Source: Eledone cirrhosa (Eukaryota). From it: a DNA stretch of 64,000 bases. A program made the position numbers and the translations under genes. Of this stretch, positions 48,442-61,157 are shown piece by piece (position 1 is the stretch's first letter; each line of letters opens with the position of its first letter). The stretch covers positions 147,932,001-147,996,000 of the forward strand of contig OZ024741.1 of NCBI GenBank assembly GCA_964016885.1, read 5' to 3'. Under the pieces are notes generated by a model that saw only the letters and a program-made list of their open reading frames with translations, did not search any database and was not told where the DNA came from.

Positions 48442-51400
48442 TGAATTTCTTGAAAATAACTACAAAAGATCTCAGAATGTACTGTAACAAAAGTAAGCAA
48501 AAAGGGTTGTTGGTTATATGAGAGAATGTATGAATTACAAGTGAATTATGTAAGGTTAGTCTTCGAAAAAATTATAGAAAGAAAGAGTTGTGTATGAATG
48601 CGATGTGTGTGTGTTTTGTTCGTGTGTATGAATGCGATGTGAGTGGGTTTTTTTTTTTTTTGCTTTTGTTTTTTCGTGTGTATGAATGCGAGACTAACGG
48701 AGGATACGGATGTTATCCTACCACCCTGCTCGATTGGCTTTACCCGTAAAATCTCTCCTGTAATTATTTCCTTAACTTTCTAACCACATTACCCAAATGG
48801 CAAATATCCTTTGGATGGTTGCTTGTTTCCTGCATTTGTACAAAGTCTGCACTGGCTAATTCCCAGGATACGCTATATCTAACATGAGCAGAATAACATC
48901 AAACAAAAGGGGAGTAAACTTGCCACAAACAAACAAAACGTAAATATATACCCGTAAAATCTCAGGTTTTTCACACATCTATCTCGACAAACACTCGTAA
49001 TAAGGAGCCAATGCAACATATGCTAAGATACTAGAAAATGAAATCAACAATGAGAAGTAGTCTCTTCTGTATGAATGAGAGCTACTTTTCATCACATACA
49101 TAGCCAGAAATTTACTACGGGTTGTAGTAAATTCTATTAAAAATATCTATCTGATATGATGAAGCAATAAAGAAGTTTTGATTTATTTTTCTAATGAAGA
49201 AAAAATCGGTTCGGTACAATGTTATTTTCACACTTGTCTTGTTGATTGGTTTTGTTAGAATTTTGAAGGTGAGATTTGCTTTTACTATGATTTAAAAAAT
49301 GTAATTTATACGAATATGGACTTGAAAACCATCGTAAATTATTCGTTTTCTGTGGTTTCACGTCGAAGAATTCCATCTAAGAGACGGTGTAATAATGAAG
49401 ATTTGCCTAAAATCTTTCATTGCATTTGACAATTTTTGCGAGGAATTGCCAAAAGGTTTAAATATGTCCTATTTTAGCCATTGTGTTCTCATTGTTACTA
49501 TATGTACATCAAATCTTCAATTATTTCTCAAATTATCAATACAAGTGTTTTGCAAAACAAACTATCATAAACCAATCTTCTCCAACCAGATCTACTCTCT
49601 GCCTCATCTTCCCAATCCTCAACACTAGTACTAAGTGTCTTCAGGGTGCCTTTGACAACATCCGTGAAACATTTCTTGGGTTTCTGTCTGGGACGTTGAT
49701 CAAGAGTTCACCCTTCTTCGCTCACTTATTCCAACGGGTCCTGTCAGAAGCAACCGTTTCTAAATGATCTGGCTGGATCCCCAAGCGTGAGCAGCCAAGC
49801 TCATGGATGTTATCCAACCATCTTGCTCTGGATCTACCCCTGCGTAACCTGCCGATTGGTTTTGCCCGTAAAATCTGTCCAGCGAATCTTTCCTGAGACA
49901 TTCTAACCACATGCCCATAGTATTGGAGCTGTGATCTCTCAATTCGGAGAAGTAGCAGTTCTACCTAGAGTGACTATCTGATTTCCGAGCTACGCACCCT
50001 ATTGAGTAACTCCAAAGACCCTTCGGAGGAACCCCATTTCGGCTGTTTGGATTCACAATCGTATTCTTTCGGTCTTTGATTCTGAGCTGGATATTTGTGT
50101 TAAGAGAGGAGCTGAACTGTCAATCGATCACAATCTAGTTATCTACAACTTGAGACTAACTAAAGCCAAGGAAGCCCACAAACCTGCCAGGTCCAGGGCA
50201 ACCAACAGGATAAAGTGGGAAGCGTTGGTGAATAAAGATGTGAAGACCAGGTATGCAAATTCTATTGCATACAAATTCAGAGAATTCCCTGAGAAAACTG
50301 AGAATGTTGAGACAGATGTTGAGAGCACTACCGAGGTAGACAAATGTATCAACAACCTTCTACCTCTGACCCTGAACAAAGATGTTGGGCTCGGCGTAAT
50401 GTTGCTCAGGAGGTGGGGTGTACAGGACCTTCGTCTTTTCTGTGTTGATAGAAAGCCCCAAAGCAGTCCATGCCCCAGGTCCATGATTGCCTGCAAGTCC
50501 TACTCGGTATAAGTAATAAGGTCTGCGCCATCATCATAGAGAAATTCTCTGATCTGACACCTGATCAAATGCTCACCAGGCTGATCACATCACAGGGAAA
50601 ATCTGGTATAGTTTGAGGCAGACACAGCTGGTTTCCTTTAATGTTACCTAACCTAGGGTCAGTGTTGGATTCATCACTTTGAGCTAGAGAAAAAGAGATA
50701 ATCCATGCACTAGAAACACTCCTCCTCCACCTGCTCCAAAGAAGGCCAAGGTCGTTTCATCTGCAGAAAAGGTGAGGGCCCCACGATCAAAGGAGAGTAT
50801 GATGCCAACTTGTTAAGGAAGTTACGAAAGGCTATCAAGACCAAATACCCAGGAAAACTAAAGAAAGGGGTCTTGTTTCAGCAAGACAATGCTCCAGCAC
50901 ACAAATCCTTGGTTTCAATGCTCTGCATGACTGTGGCTTTGAAGTAGTTGAACACCCTCCCTATTCTCCTTAGTTGTCCCCATCTGACTATAATCTGTTA
51001 TCCAACATGAAACAACACTAGGCAGGGAACCAGTATTGCAGTGATGATGACATCAACATCATATTTGCTGTTGATGACTTTTTTTACCAACAGGATGAAA
51101 GCTTCTTCACTAATGGAATCCAAGCACTGCTACATTGATGGAAGAGCAGTGTAGACCTCAAGGGAACTATTTTGAAAAATAAACCTTATTTGGTGATATT
51201 TTATGAGAGTGTCTTGGTTATCCTATGAACTGTTCACCTAACCCTCATAATATAGCAAAATTGCAAATGAAAATGAAATACATGGAGTGAGGGAGGTAAA
51301 AAGCATCCACCTTCCACTTCATCTAACCACGGCCAATGCAATTTTGTGCATAAACATGGTATTGCAGAACATTGAATCCAGGTTGTACAATAGCTTAGAA

Positions 51401-53030
51401 CAAGCTGCCAGAAAGATGCATATACAACAATACAACAGTATAGATACAGGAGTCAACATGTGAGGGTCTTTTGACTAGGACAAAACGAGTTTGTAAACAA
51501 ATTATAAAGTCTTACAACTGGAAATATGGCAGGATATGGTGCAAATTGTGCATATATATATTGATCAACAACATCATCTCACATCTATTTTCCATGCTTG
51601 CATAGATTAGAAGGGTTGTTACATTCTGAGACTAGGCAGGTCAGATAACTGTCTTACGCGTACACTCCATTTTGACATGGTTGCAATTCCTAATGCCAAC
51701 CATTTCATGGCGTATGCATTTATACACACACATGTATGTATAATGGGCAGTCTCACATATATGCTGCAGAATACCTACCCTATCAATACTCATCCAACCC
51801 ATGCAAGCATAGAAAAGCAACTGTAAAAAGGATGATGAAGGATAGTAAGAAAAATTACATTTTTCGGCAAAGTAGCCGTTAGCCTTTTGGGCTCCATGAC
51901 AAGCTTCATACTCATCATGGGGTCCTTTTTGTTACCTTTCCTGGTACTGAACACAAGAAGTGGTTCAAGGTCATTTCTTCTGCAAAGCAGCTGTTAGCCT
52001 CTTGTGCCCCATGAGAGGCTTCATACCCATAGGGTCCTTTTTGATTGATACTCTTTCTGGTGCCAAACCTTTTCATCGTCTCTTAAGACATGATTATATG
52101 ATTGTATGGTGGTGTGATAAGATGAAGGCCATGTAAATGGATATATTTCATTTTTGTGCTCCTTTTTGTTTTGGTAGGAAAATATAAATCATTACAGACT
52201 GTTTATCGGGGTATGTAATGAAATACTTTCCACCAGCAAACTCAGTCATTCTTCGTCCATTGAGCCGAGTTCTGAATAAACTTGATCTAAATAAAGACAG
52301 GTTTACCATGTTAAAGGATCTACAAACGTTAATGTCCCAAATTCTCTCGGTGAGTACATTGTTTTTTCAATTCTTTTGTTGAAGGCATGAGGCCTTGTAG
52401 TTAGGGTGTTGAGCTCAAAATCATAAAAACATGGATTTGCTTCCTGGACCAAGTGACATATTCTTCAGCCATATACTTTATTTCCACATTGCTCCTTCTG
52501 CAATTAATATCAGCAATGGAAGAACTAATAGAAAAATTATTTCTTTGGTCCAATTTAATGATTGGCTCTTTTCCTTTCATTGTCATATTTCTAATGAAAG
52601 ACACCTCCTTTGATTTTGAAAATAATCAAGAATTTGGAGGGATTTAGTAATTATAATTGTCTCATTACTAATCTGGTGTTTGGAAACGAATATAACAATG
52701 GTTCTTTCATCATCATTTTATAGCTGTGTTTCATGCTGGCATGGGTTGAACAGGTTGTCACTGTTTGAGACTAGATGGGTCTGAGAAACCTCATCTTGCT
52801 CATATATTCCATATTTGGCATAGTTTCTATAGCTGGATACCCTTCCTGACATCAATCACCTTACAGAGTACACTGAGTGTATTTTATTGTTGCACCAGTA
52901 GTAAAATGTTATATGCTCAGCCAGACTGCAGTGTCCTCTCTACTCTATTTTGTCTCTGTTTGATCACTAATCACTTTACAGAGTTTACTGGGTAAATTTT
53001 AAGATGACTCTTATTTCCATTGGATTGACC

Positions 53031-53190
53031 AGTTGATGGAAGCAGTGTAATGTCCGAGAGTCAGACAGCTGTTGATGGAAGCAGTGTAATGTCCGAGAGT
53101 CAGACAACTGTTGATGGAAGCAGTGTAATGTCCGAGAGCCGGATAATAGTTGATGGAAGCAGTGTAATGTCCGAGTGTGAAACTGCTGAT
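53031..53190 (+). repeat. 39-bp minisatellite, 4 units
   Basis: Paralog of 21059-21375. Confidence 0.93.
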
Positions 53191-54669
53191 GGACTACAAA
53201 TGTAAATGAAGGTAAGCTGATTGACATCTAATCAACTAAATCTCATGATGAGTGCCATAAACTATTAGTTCTTTAACCCATTTGTTACCATATTTCTTGT
53301 AGTGGTGGTGTGGGGCTTAGTGGTTTGGATGTTTGGTTCAGTCTTGTGTTCAATTCCTGGTGGTGCATTGTTCTTGAGCAGGACATTTCATGTTGTTCCA
53401 GTCTGCTCAGCTGCAAAAATTCAAAAGGCCCAGCCTTGACACACAGTGTCATGTTGAATTAGGTTATGGGTACACATGTCTGCAGAATGTTCAGCCACTT
53501 GCATGTTAATTTCACGAACAGATGGCTCAATTGATCATGGAGTCTCAACACACGCTCACACCATCTTAACTATAATAGAGGAGTGCGGGACAGCATCCAG
53601 AATATATTTTTTATCCCGTTAGTAAAATAAGTTGGATTACTTTCAATAAATAATGAATGAATATTACATAATTTATGTACTAAATAACGTAACACATGAT
53701 TAAAGATAAATAATGTTATTGCATATTTCAATATTCACTTCTTTTAAAAGATTCAAATTTCAATACATCCGGTATATCACCACCACCATGTATATATAGT
53801 GAGAGAGAGAGAGACAGAGCGAGAAAGAAAGAGAATGTGTGTGAAGAGAGAGATACAAAGTGACTATTAGCAGCGGAAGTGGGTGTTCGGAAAGTACAAT
53901 AACTAGGGTAAGATCGGGATGGAAGAAGTTTAGGGAGGTACTGCCACTGCTAGCTGCAAAAGGCTTTTCCCTCAAAATGAAAGACAGACTGTATAATGCG
54001 TGCATATGAACAGCAATGTTACATGGAAGTGAGACCTGTGCGCTGTCTGTAGAAGACTTACGTAGATTAGAGAGAAACGAAGCCTGCATGCTCCGATGGA
54101 TGTGTAATAGTAATATACGCGAACGGCAAAGCATAAATGAATTGAGAGAGAGACTGAGCATAAGAGGAATCAAATGCTGTGTGCAGGAGAGGCGGTTGTG
54201 TTTGTATGGACATGTGAGGCGTATGAAGGATGACAGCTGCATAAAAAGGTGCAGAGCACTAGAAGTCGATGGAAGCCGCGAAGTGGGGAGACCCAAGAAG
54301 ACCTGGGATGTGGTGATAAAAGCCGACCTTATCTAATTGCACCTCTCAAAGGCGATGACACAGGACCGTGACCTCTGGTGTCACACAGTAATACAGAAGA
54401 CCCAACTTCCCATGGGTACAAGCTGAAGCTGAAGCATATAGACAATATGCCCCACACTCTCCCACTGCAAAGTGGTCGTGGCGGTGCCTCGGAAAAAAGA
54501 ACCCAGCACTCACTGTAAATGAGGTTGGTGTTAGAAAGGGCGTCCAGCCGTAGAAATCAAGCCAGAATCAGTTCCCACATGAGCAAGACGAGGTCAGCCG
54601 ACCGGACACTGCCCACAATAGGACAACCCGTCTAACCCATGCTAGCGTGGAATAATGGACGTAAAACGG

Positions 54670-54733
<64 letters not shown>

Positions 54734-54811
54734 ATAATTAGATAGTGAAATAGCTCTTACGCTGTTTGTAAACAAATTTAATTTTCAAACCAACGCTAAG
54801 CTATAAACCTT

Positions 54812-54882
<71 letters not shown>

Positions 54883-57800
54883 CGGAATTCTTCTCTGTTT
54901 TACCTGGCGAACTTTCTCATTATTTAGTCGATGTTTGGAACATAACTTAAAAAATGTTCTTACATGGAATTATTACCAAAGTCATGTAGAGTGGGAATTC
55001 AAGAGTGATGACACTCTGGGGAAGAAACGTTGTGACTATTGGTTCAATGTGGGGCTTGGGACATTGGGCACAACATGGTCAATGGAAGGAGGAGAGACTA
55101 ATGCAAGGCCAACCAGCTCTAAAGAGCAGATGCCATTGTAGAAGTGATAAAAAGGATAGAGAGCAGACAGTAATCTGTGAGCTAGACTGAAGTATGTCCA
55201 GTGGCCTTTCAATGTGGTCTTGGATGCCTCCGTGTCTATATTAGCAGCAAAGTTGTAAAACTGGAAGTGTAATTCCATTGTGGGTCTCATCTGAGCATTG
55301 TAGACAGTCAGAAATTATTGGAAACTGAAGTATCTTCTGGCTCTGAAGAGAATGACCGGTCTTTATGTTGTTGTCTTTACTATGTTATGGATGTGTGGTG
55401 ATCGGGAGAGATCCTCACTGATAATAAGGCCTAGTATTTGGGGTGAATGCGTTAATTTTTTAGTGGGGTGAAGTTTAATGTTTTCTTGTTATGTGCAATA
55501 AGTGTCTCTGGTTAGAGGATTTTTTCCTTCCACCCTCCCACCAGTCTCGGAGGCTCTGATAAAATAAAGGGTCATGGATCCTGCCTTTCTCTCCTTGACT
55601 AAACAATAAAAAAATTCGTTGACATTAGGAAGTTCCTTTAGCTGTAGAAACTATGCCAAATATGGAGCATATAAACAAGACGTGGCTATCTGACCTGCTG
55701 TCCATGACAATGACCATAAAATCATGTGATAGCCCTTAACTTTTCCTGCCTTTTTCTTATTCTGGTTATGTTTCGAGAACATTCATCATCATTTAACATC
55801 CGTTTCCCCAGCTAGCAAAGGTTTGATGGGTTGTCACAGTCCAAGTCAGTACTTAATCAGAGCCACTGATTTCTCAGATGGGCCAGGGCCTCATTTTGCT
55901 TAAATACATTCCTGCACTCTACATTCTGATATATTTTGTTTGTTTCAGAGACTGAAGCTGAATGATCAATACCAACAACTCCATCCAATCAAGTTTCTTA
56001 ACCTCCAACTGCTCATAACTGAAGTAGAATGTCACTTGCTGTCATATTATAACCTATCAATTTATCATCATCATCGCTTTTACGTCCGTTTTTCCACTCT
56101 TGCATGGGTTGGATGGGTCCTTTTTAGCACTTGTTGCGTTCCTTCCACATATCCTCTGTGAGTTTCAACATTTGAGATCAGCACTCATCACCTCAACCCA
56201 GGTCATCCCTGGTCTTCTACTGTGGCTTACTTCTATTGGGATGCAAATGTAGAAAAGTTAATGTAAAAACAATGATGATGATGAGTCGATAGCTTATAAT
56301 ATGACTGCAAGTAATATTCTAGGTAGCAGAAGCTCTCAACTACTTTTATGGATCCTTCATATGATAGGACAAGGTTTATATCACTGACACTCTACCCCTG
56401 TGCATCTATTACATGTAATGCACACATTTGCATTGTGTACATCTTATAGAGTTTCCGCTGACTCCTTTTCTGTGTATAGAACAGGCCCATTTATTGATGG
56501 GATCAGGATCGTGTCTTATTTCTTATTTACTAACACTTGAGTTTTTTCTAGGCTTACTCTCAGCCCTTTTGATTCTGTTTCCACATTTAGAACTTCTTCA
56601 TCTGTTGTTCTCCACCCTGGAATAAAATGAAACTGCATTTCATCTAATTTTAACTCTTTCCCTAATTAGATACTCTAAACCTCTTTCTGTCACTTTTATA
56701 ACTTGGTCCATTAGTTTTATGGATCCGAAGTTACTCCTTTTCAGGGCATAATTTTATCCATTGTAACAATTAATGGGTATACTGCTGTGCCAATTATTGA
56801 GTATGACCTCATCCTGTATTATATCATTGACTATGCAGTTGACAAGTTTGTTTCCTACTTCCTTTCATTTTCAACATCTCTGTAACTGCATCTGGTGGTC
56901 CAGTGGCTTTCCCATTCTTATTCTCCTTGATTACATTTTGTCTCTATAACTGTTGATTTCAATAGCTGGTCCCTCTTCGGTGTTGGCTGGGGGTAGTCTC
57001 TCTTCCTCCCATTTATTCTCCACATTCATCAGCCTTTCAAAGTATCATTTCCAGGCACTTTTTTTGAGCATCAGTGGTGCTAAGTGCACCAGTGTCATTT
57101 CTAACACACTGTTCCCCAACAACATCCCTATTCACAATGCTTTGCAATGCAGAACGCTTTATGTCTCTGATCCTCACGTTACAAGACATTGACAAACCTC
57201 CTTTCATCCTCTTTCCATGCTATGTATACTTGTCTAGCTTCTCTCTTAATTACCTGGTACTGGTCTCTGCTACCCTTATTTTTCCTGTCTTTCCATGCCT
57301 GTCTCTTGACTTTAATTACTCTATACACTGTGCTGCCACCAGCAGGGCAAGCTCTGTCTGGCTGGTGCTTTCCTCAATGTCAGAAAAAAAACTAATTCTT
57401 GAATCAAGCTTTTTTTCATAACACCAACTAGTGTTTCAACAAAAACAAATATTTAAAAAATAAGTTTGTTAATTCAAATATATATACTATCTTTACTGGT
57501 GGACATATTTTTGTGAAAATGTGCAGTATTAGTTAGTGTAAACACTTGAATTTTTAATGTGATGCACTCAGTGTTGTTTTGTTCTTTTCAAAACTCTTGC
57601 TAATACATTTCATGTGGTAAAAGATATTAAGGGATGATATATTCACCAGCATTTGTTTTCTTTTTCAAACCAGATTTTAATAAGGTAGACTATAGAGCTG
57701 ATCATTCATATTTCCAGTTTCAAATCCTGTTAAATATTATGTATTTTTATTTATTTTGTTACACTTGTGAAATCTCGTTTAAAGAATGACTTTGAGAATA

Positions 57801-60800
57801 ATCAGGATTTTGGACAGATTTAGAAATGCAACTTTCTGGTTATTTATCTGCTATTTAGAACATAACTTAACAAAAGTTCTTGCATAAAATTACAATGGTT
57901 AGATTTTACATAAATATAAACACCTTTATAGCCAGGGTCAGTTTCAGGGGGGGGGGGTCACCTCCGAGGTTGACTCGTGGTGAAAACCACACAAAAGACT
58001 AAGGCCACCCTGACCACTAGCGCAAGCACCCTCTCTCTGTTCTCCCACTCCTCAGTCTACAGGCGCATATGCAGAACGGGCTCGTTCACTTGGACCAGAT
58101 TCGCCACTTTCACCCGCCGTTCAACAAACTTAGTAGAAGACAGCTGTCCGTCTTCAATCCTTTCAACCTTGTCCACCATACAATCTCTTTCACCATGGCC
58201 ACAAGGCAGAGGAAAACTGCCTGCACTTGACCTGGAGGCCGATTCCGCCAGGGCAGGAACCACTGATTGAAGGTCATGGCAGACAGTCTCCACGGGCCTG
58301 CCCAGCGTAGCATCATCCAAGTACCAAAGGTTTAGAGGGGCTGTGTTACTCCGGGCAATGCGGTCTATACCAAGGGCAAACAGAAGGGGGCCCAAAGGTC
58401 GCCCTTTTGGACCCCAGCGGCCGAAGGTATGACCGTGTCAGCAGCAAGGAGCATGCTCGGGGCTCAATATGACAAGTAGGCCAGCGGGTAGTGGAGGGGG
58501 CTCGGCTGAGGCAGGCATCGAGTAGATGGTCCAGGCTTATGCAGTTAAAGGCATTCCTCATGTCAAGCTTGACAATGAGGTGCCTGAAGTCCCTGGACCA
58601 CGGTTCCGAGGGCAGCTATTGAAGAACTGGCTGGTTGCATGTGCGGCCCCCTCATAGCCACCGGACACGCCGACACCCAGTTGCACCGGACTGAACTCCT
58701 CACCCAATTCAGGTGTTATGGACCTGCAGACCATCTTAGCAACCAGCGAAAGACATTGCCCACAGCGACGGGGCGTGTGCCAGCCTCTTTCTTCCTGAGA
58801 GCGGTCATCCTAGCCGAAAAAAAGAGGCCTCGGGCGTGAGGATCCAGGACGCCATGGATAGGTGAGTGCCACAATTTCACTCAGAAGGCGACGCCCGGCC
58901 TCAGCGGAGAGTGGGGATAGCAACTATTTGAGGTGGCCTGGTCGGAGACCAGCAGCGCCTTCCGCTGCCGCTAGCTGGGAAGGACTTGATTGCAGGCATG
59001 ATGTCTGCGTCGGAAGCCACAAGGAGCAGGTGGGGATCCGGTGGGGGTATGGGTCTGAGGTCAGCGGGTGGCTCTGGGTGCTTGAGTCGGAGGGCAGCCA
59101 GGACCTCCTCGGTGGGTTGGAGGACAGTGTCCTCTGAGGCAACCACTCTCACTGCGGCCCAGACATCACCCTGTGGTCACGCAAACGCTTGGTGCTTGCC
59201 CAAAGGACGAAAGATTGGCCTTGACAAAGGGTGCTGTCGACAGGCCGCCTCGGTCAGCGCCAGAGCTGGGGAGGCCGAGGGCGAGTGGGACGAAATAGAA
59301 TAGGCGCTCTCAGTCGCTGGCTCGATTGGAGTCCGGAGCACTCTCGATCGAGAAAGCAAGGGCATCACTACTGGCACCCGGGCCGCTCTCGAGATACTGA
59401 GCGGAATCTTCTGGAGCCGCCTGAGCCGAGCGATGTTGACCAGCGAGGCTTGGACATCAGGTAAGCTCTCTGTCTCATCTGGTGGAGTGCCAGATGGCCG
59501 TGGCTGGACAGACGAGGGGACGAGACAGGTTCTGCAACTCCACGCTGCGTGGGCACTGGAAGCCTGACGCGTCAAGCCAACACAGGTGAGGTCGTGGGAG
59601 CAGCCGCACCCCGAACAGTTCCGGCTTCTCTCCCGTCTTTTCGTGGTGCTGCAAGTGCTGCAGATGTCGACTGTTGCGGCTGGAGGATGGGGCGTGGAGC
59701 AGGGGACTGGGGCCCCAAGCAGCATCAAAGGTGAGTGGCTGGTTGTCACCAGCCTAGGTGCTAGGCACAACTGCACGTGGGTGGAAGGGAAAGTGTTGGT
59801 ATGAGTGAGGCCTCATAGCTCACCTACATCAGATATGGAGGCGATAGAAGACAAGATAAAAGAGAAGGTGGGTACATGGAGGGGGACACACACGAAAGTA
59901 GAAAGTTAGCAAATAAATAAATGAAAGAATGGAGGGATGTACAAAAAGAAAACAGGGGGTTGTTCCCAGCGGAAATACCGAAAGGTTGTTATTGTCACTG
60001 ATGCTGGAGTTGGCTTCCTCTTGTTAATGGTGGTGGTAGTGACTGCTTGTAAGATGTTGGTGTATACACATATAGTTGTTGTTGTTGTCACTGCCACTAC
60101 CGTATCCTTCCTCTTGTTAATGGTAGTGGTAGTTGATACCGATACCTATTTCGGTTGCCCGGCTGGTTGCTGGGGTTCGAATGCCTTCTTTTACCCAAGA
60201 TGCGGGGTCGTTGTTATTGTCACTGTTGCTGTCGATGCCTTCCTCTTGTTAATGGCAGTAATAATTGTTGGTGCTACCTATTTCGGCTGTCAAGCTGGCT
60301 GCTGAATCAGCTTCTGTTTACATTTTCGCATACATACGATATTCTCAATGGACGCCCTTACAATATTTGAACATAACTGAACCGTCGTTGCCTTCCTCTT
60401 GGTAATAGTAGTGAAAATCCACCGGCAGACAATTATATAAAAGAGTATATAGAAATAAAAACTAACATTTCTGTCTCGGATATAAATATTTGTTTACGTA
60501 GCGTTATTTACTGTCACTTTGAAAATATTGAAGTTAATGAACTCTGTAAGTATCGTTGCTGGGAAGAAGTTAAAGAAACATATCAATATCATACAAATTC
60601 CTTAAATATTATCTAGATAGTGGGTTGTAGCGTTATTTACTGTCTATTTGCTACTAATTGAGCATGCCTTATATACACACTCTATCCATTCTTCGCCCCT
60701 TCCACACTTCAATCCTCATATTCTTCCCACACCATACCCCTTTCTACTTCTCCTTCACTCCATTCTCCTACACACCTACCAACCACCCCACACACTTTCC

Positions 60801-61157
60801 ATTTTCAATTTTCCGCCTCCATCACCAACACCCTTGAATTAAATGCCCGCCTCACCTCAGCCTTCCACCCTACAGGAAGTCAATCAGTGCCACTCGTGCT
60901 ACACGCGCAACAGGCGCAAGAAAGGAAAGAACTGCTCCAACTGTAGCAGCTTTTTCCACCTCTCTTGCGTCAAACAGACCCGATGCGCGTTGGAATCCTT
61001 GCACCGGTGGCACTGCCCGCCATACCTATCCACCTGTCAGTTTCGACAGTGCCGGCTGGAACAGGCGAAGCTCCCAGTGAGGTTCGGTAGCCTCGGTTTC
61101 TGACCCGCTTCAGATCTGACTCTACCGGCCTATCTCTCCTCAATCTCCTCCAGTAGC

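Larger units (their letters stand above)
46858..61157 (+). repeat. Tandem segmental duplication unit C (~14.3 kb)
   Basis: Collinear with units A and B. Confidence 0.92.
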
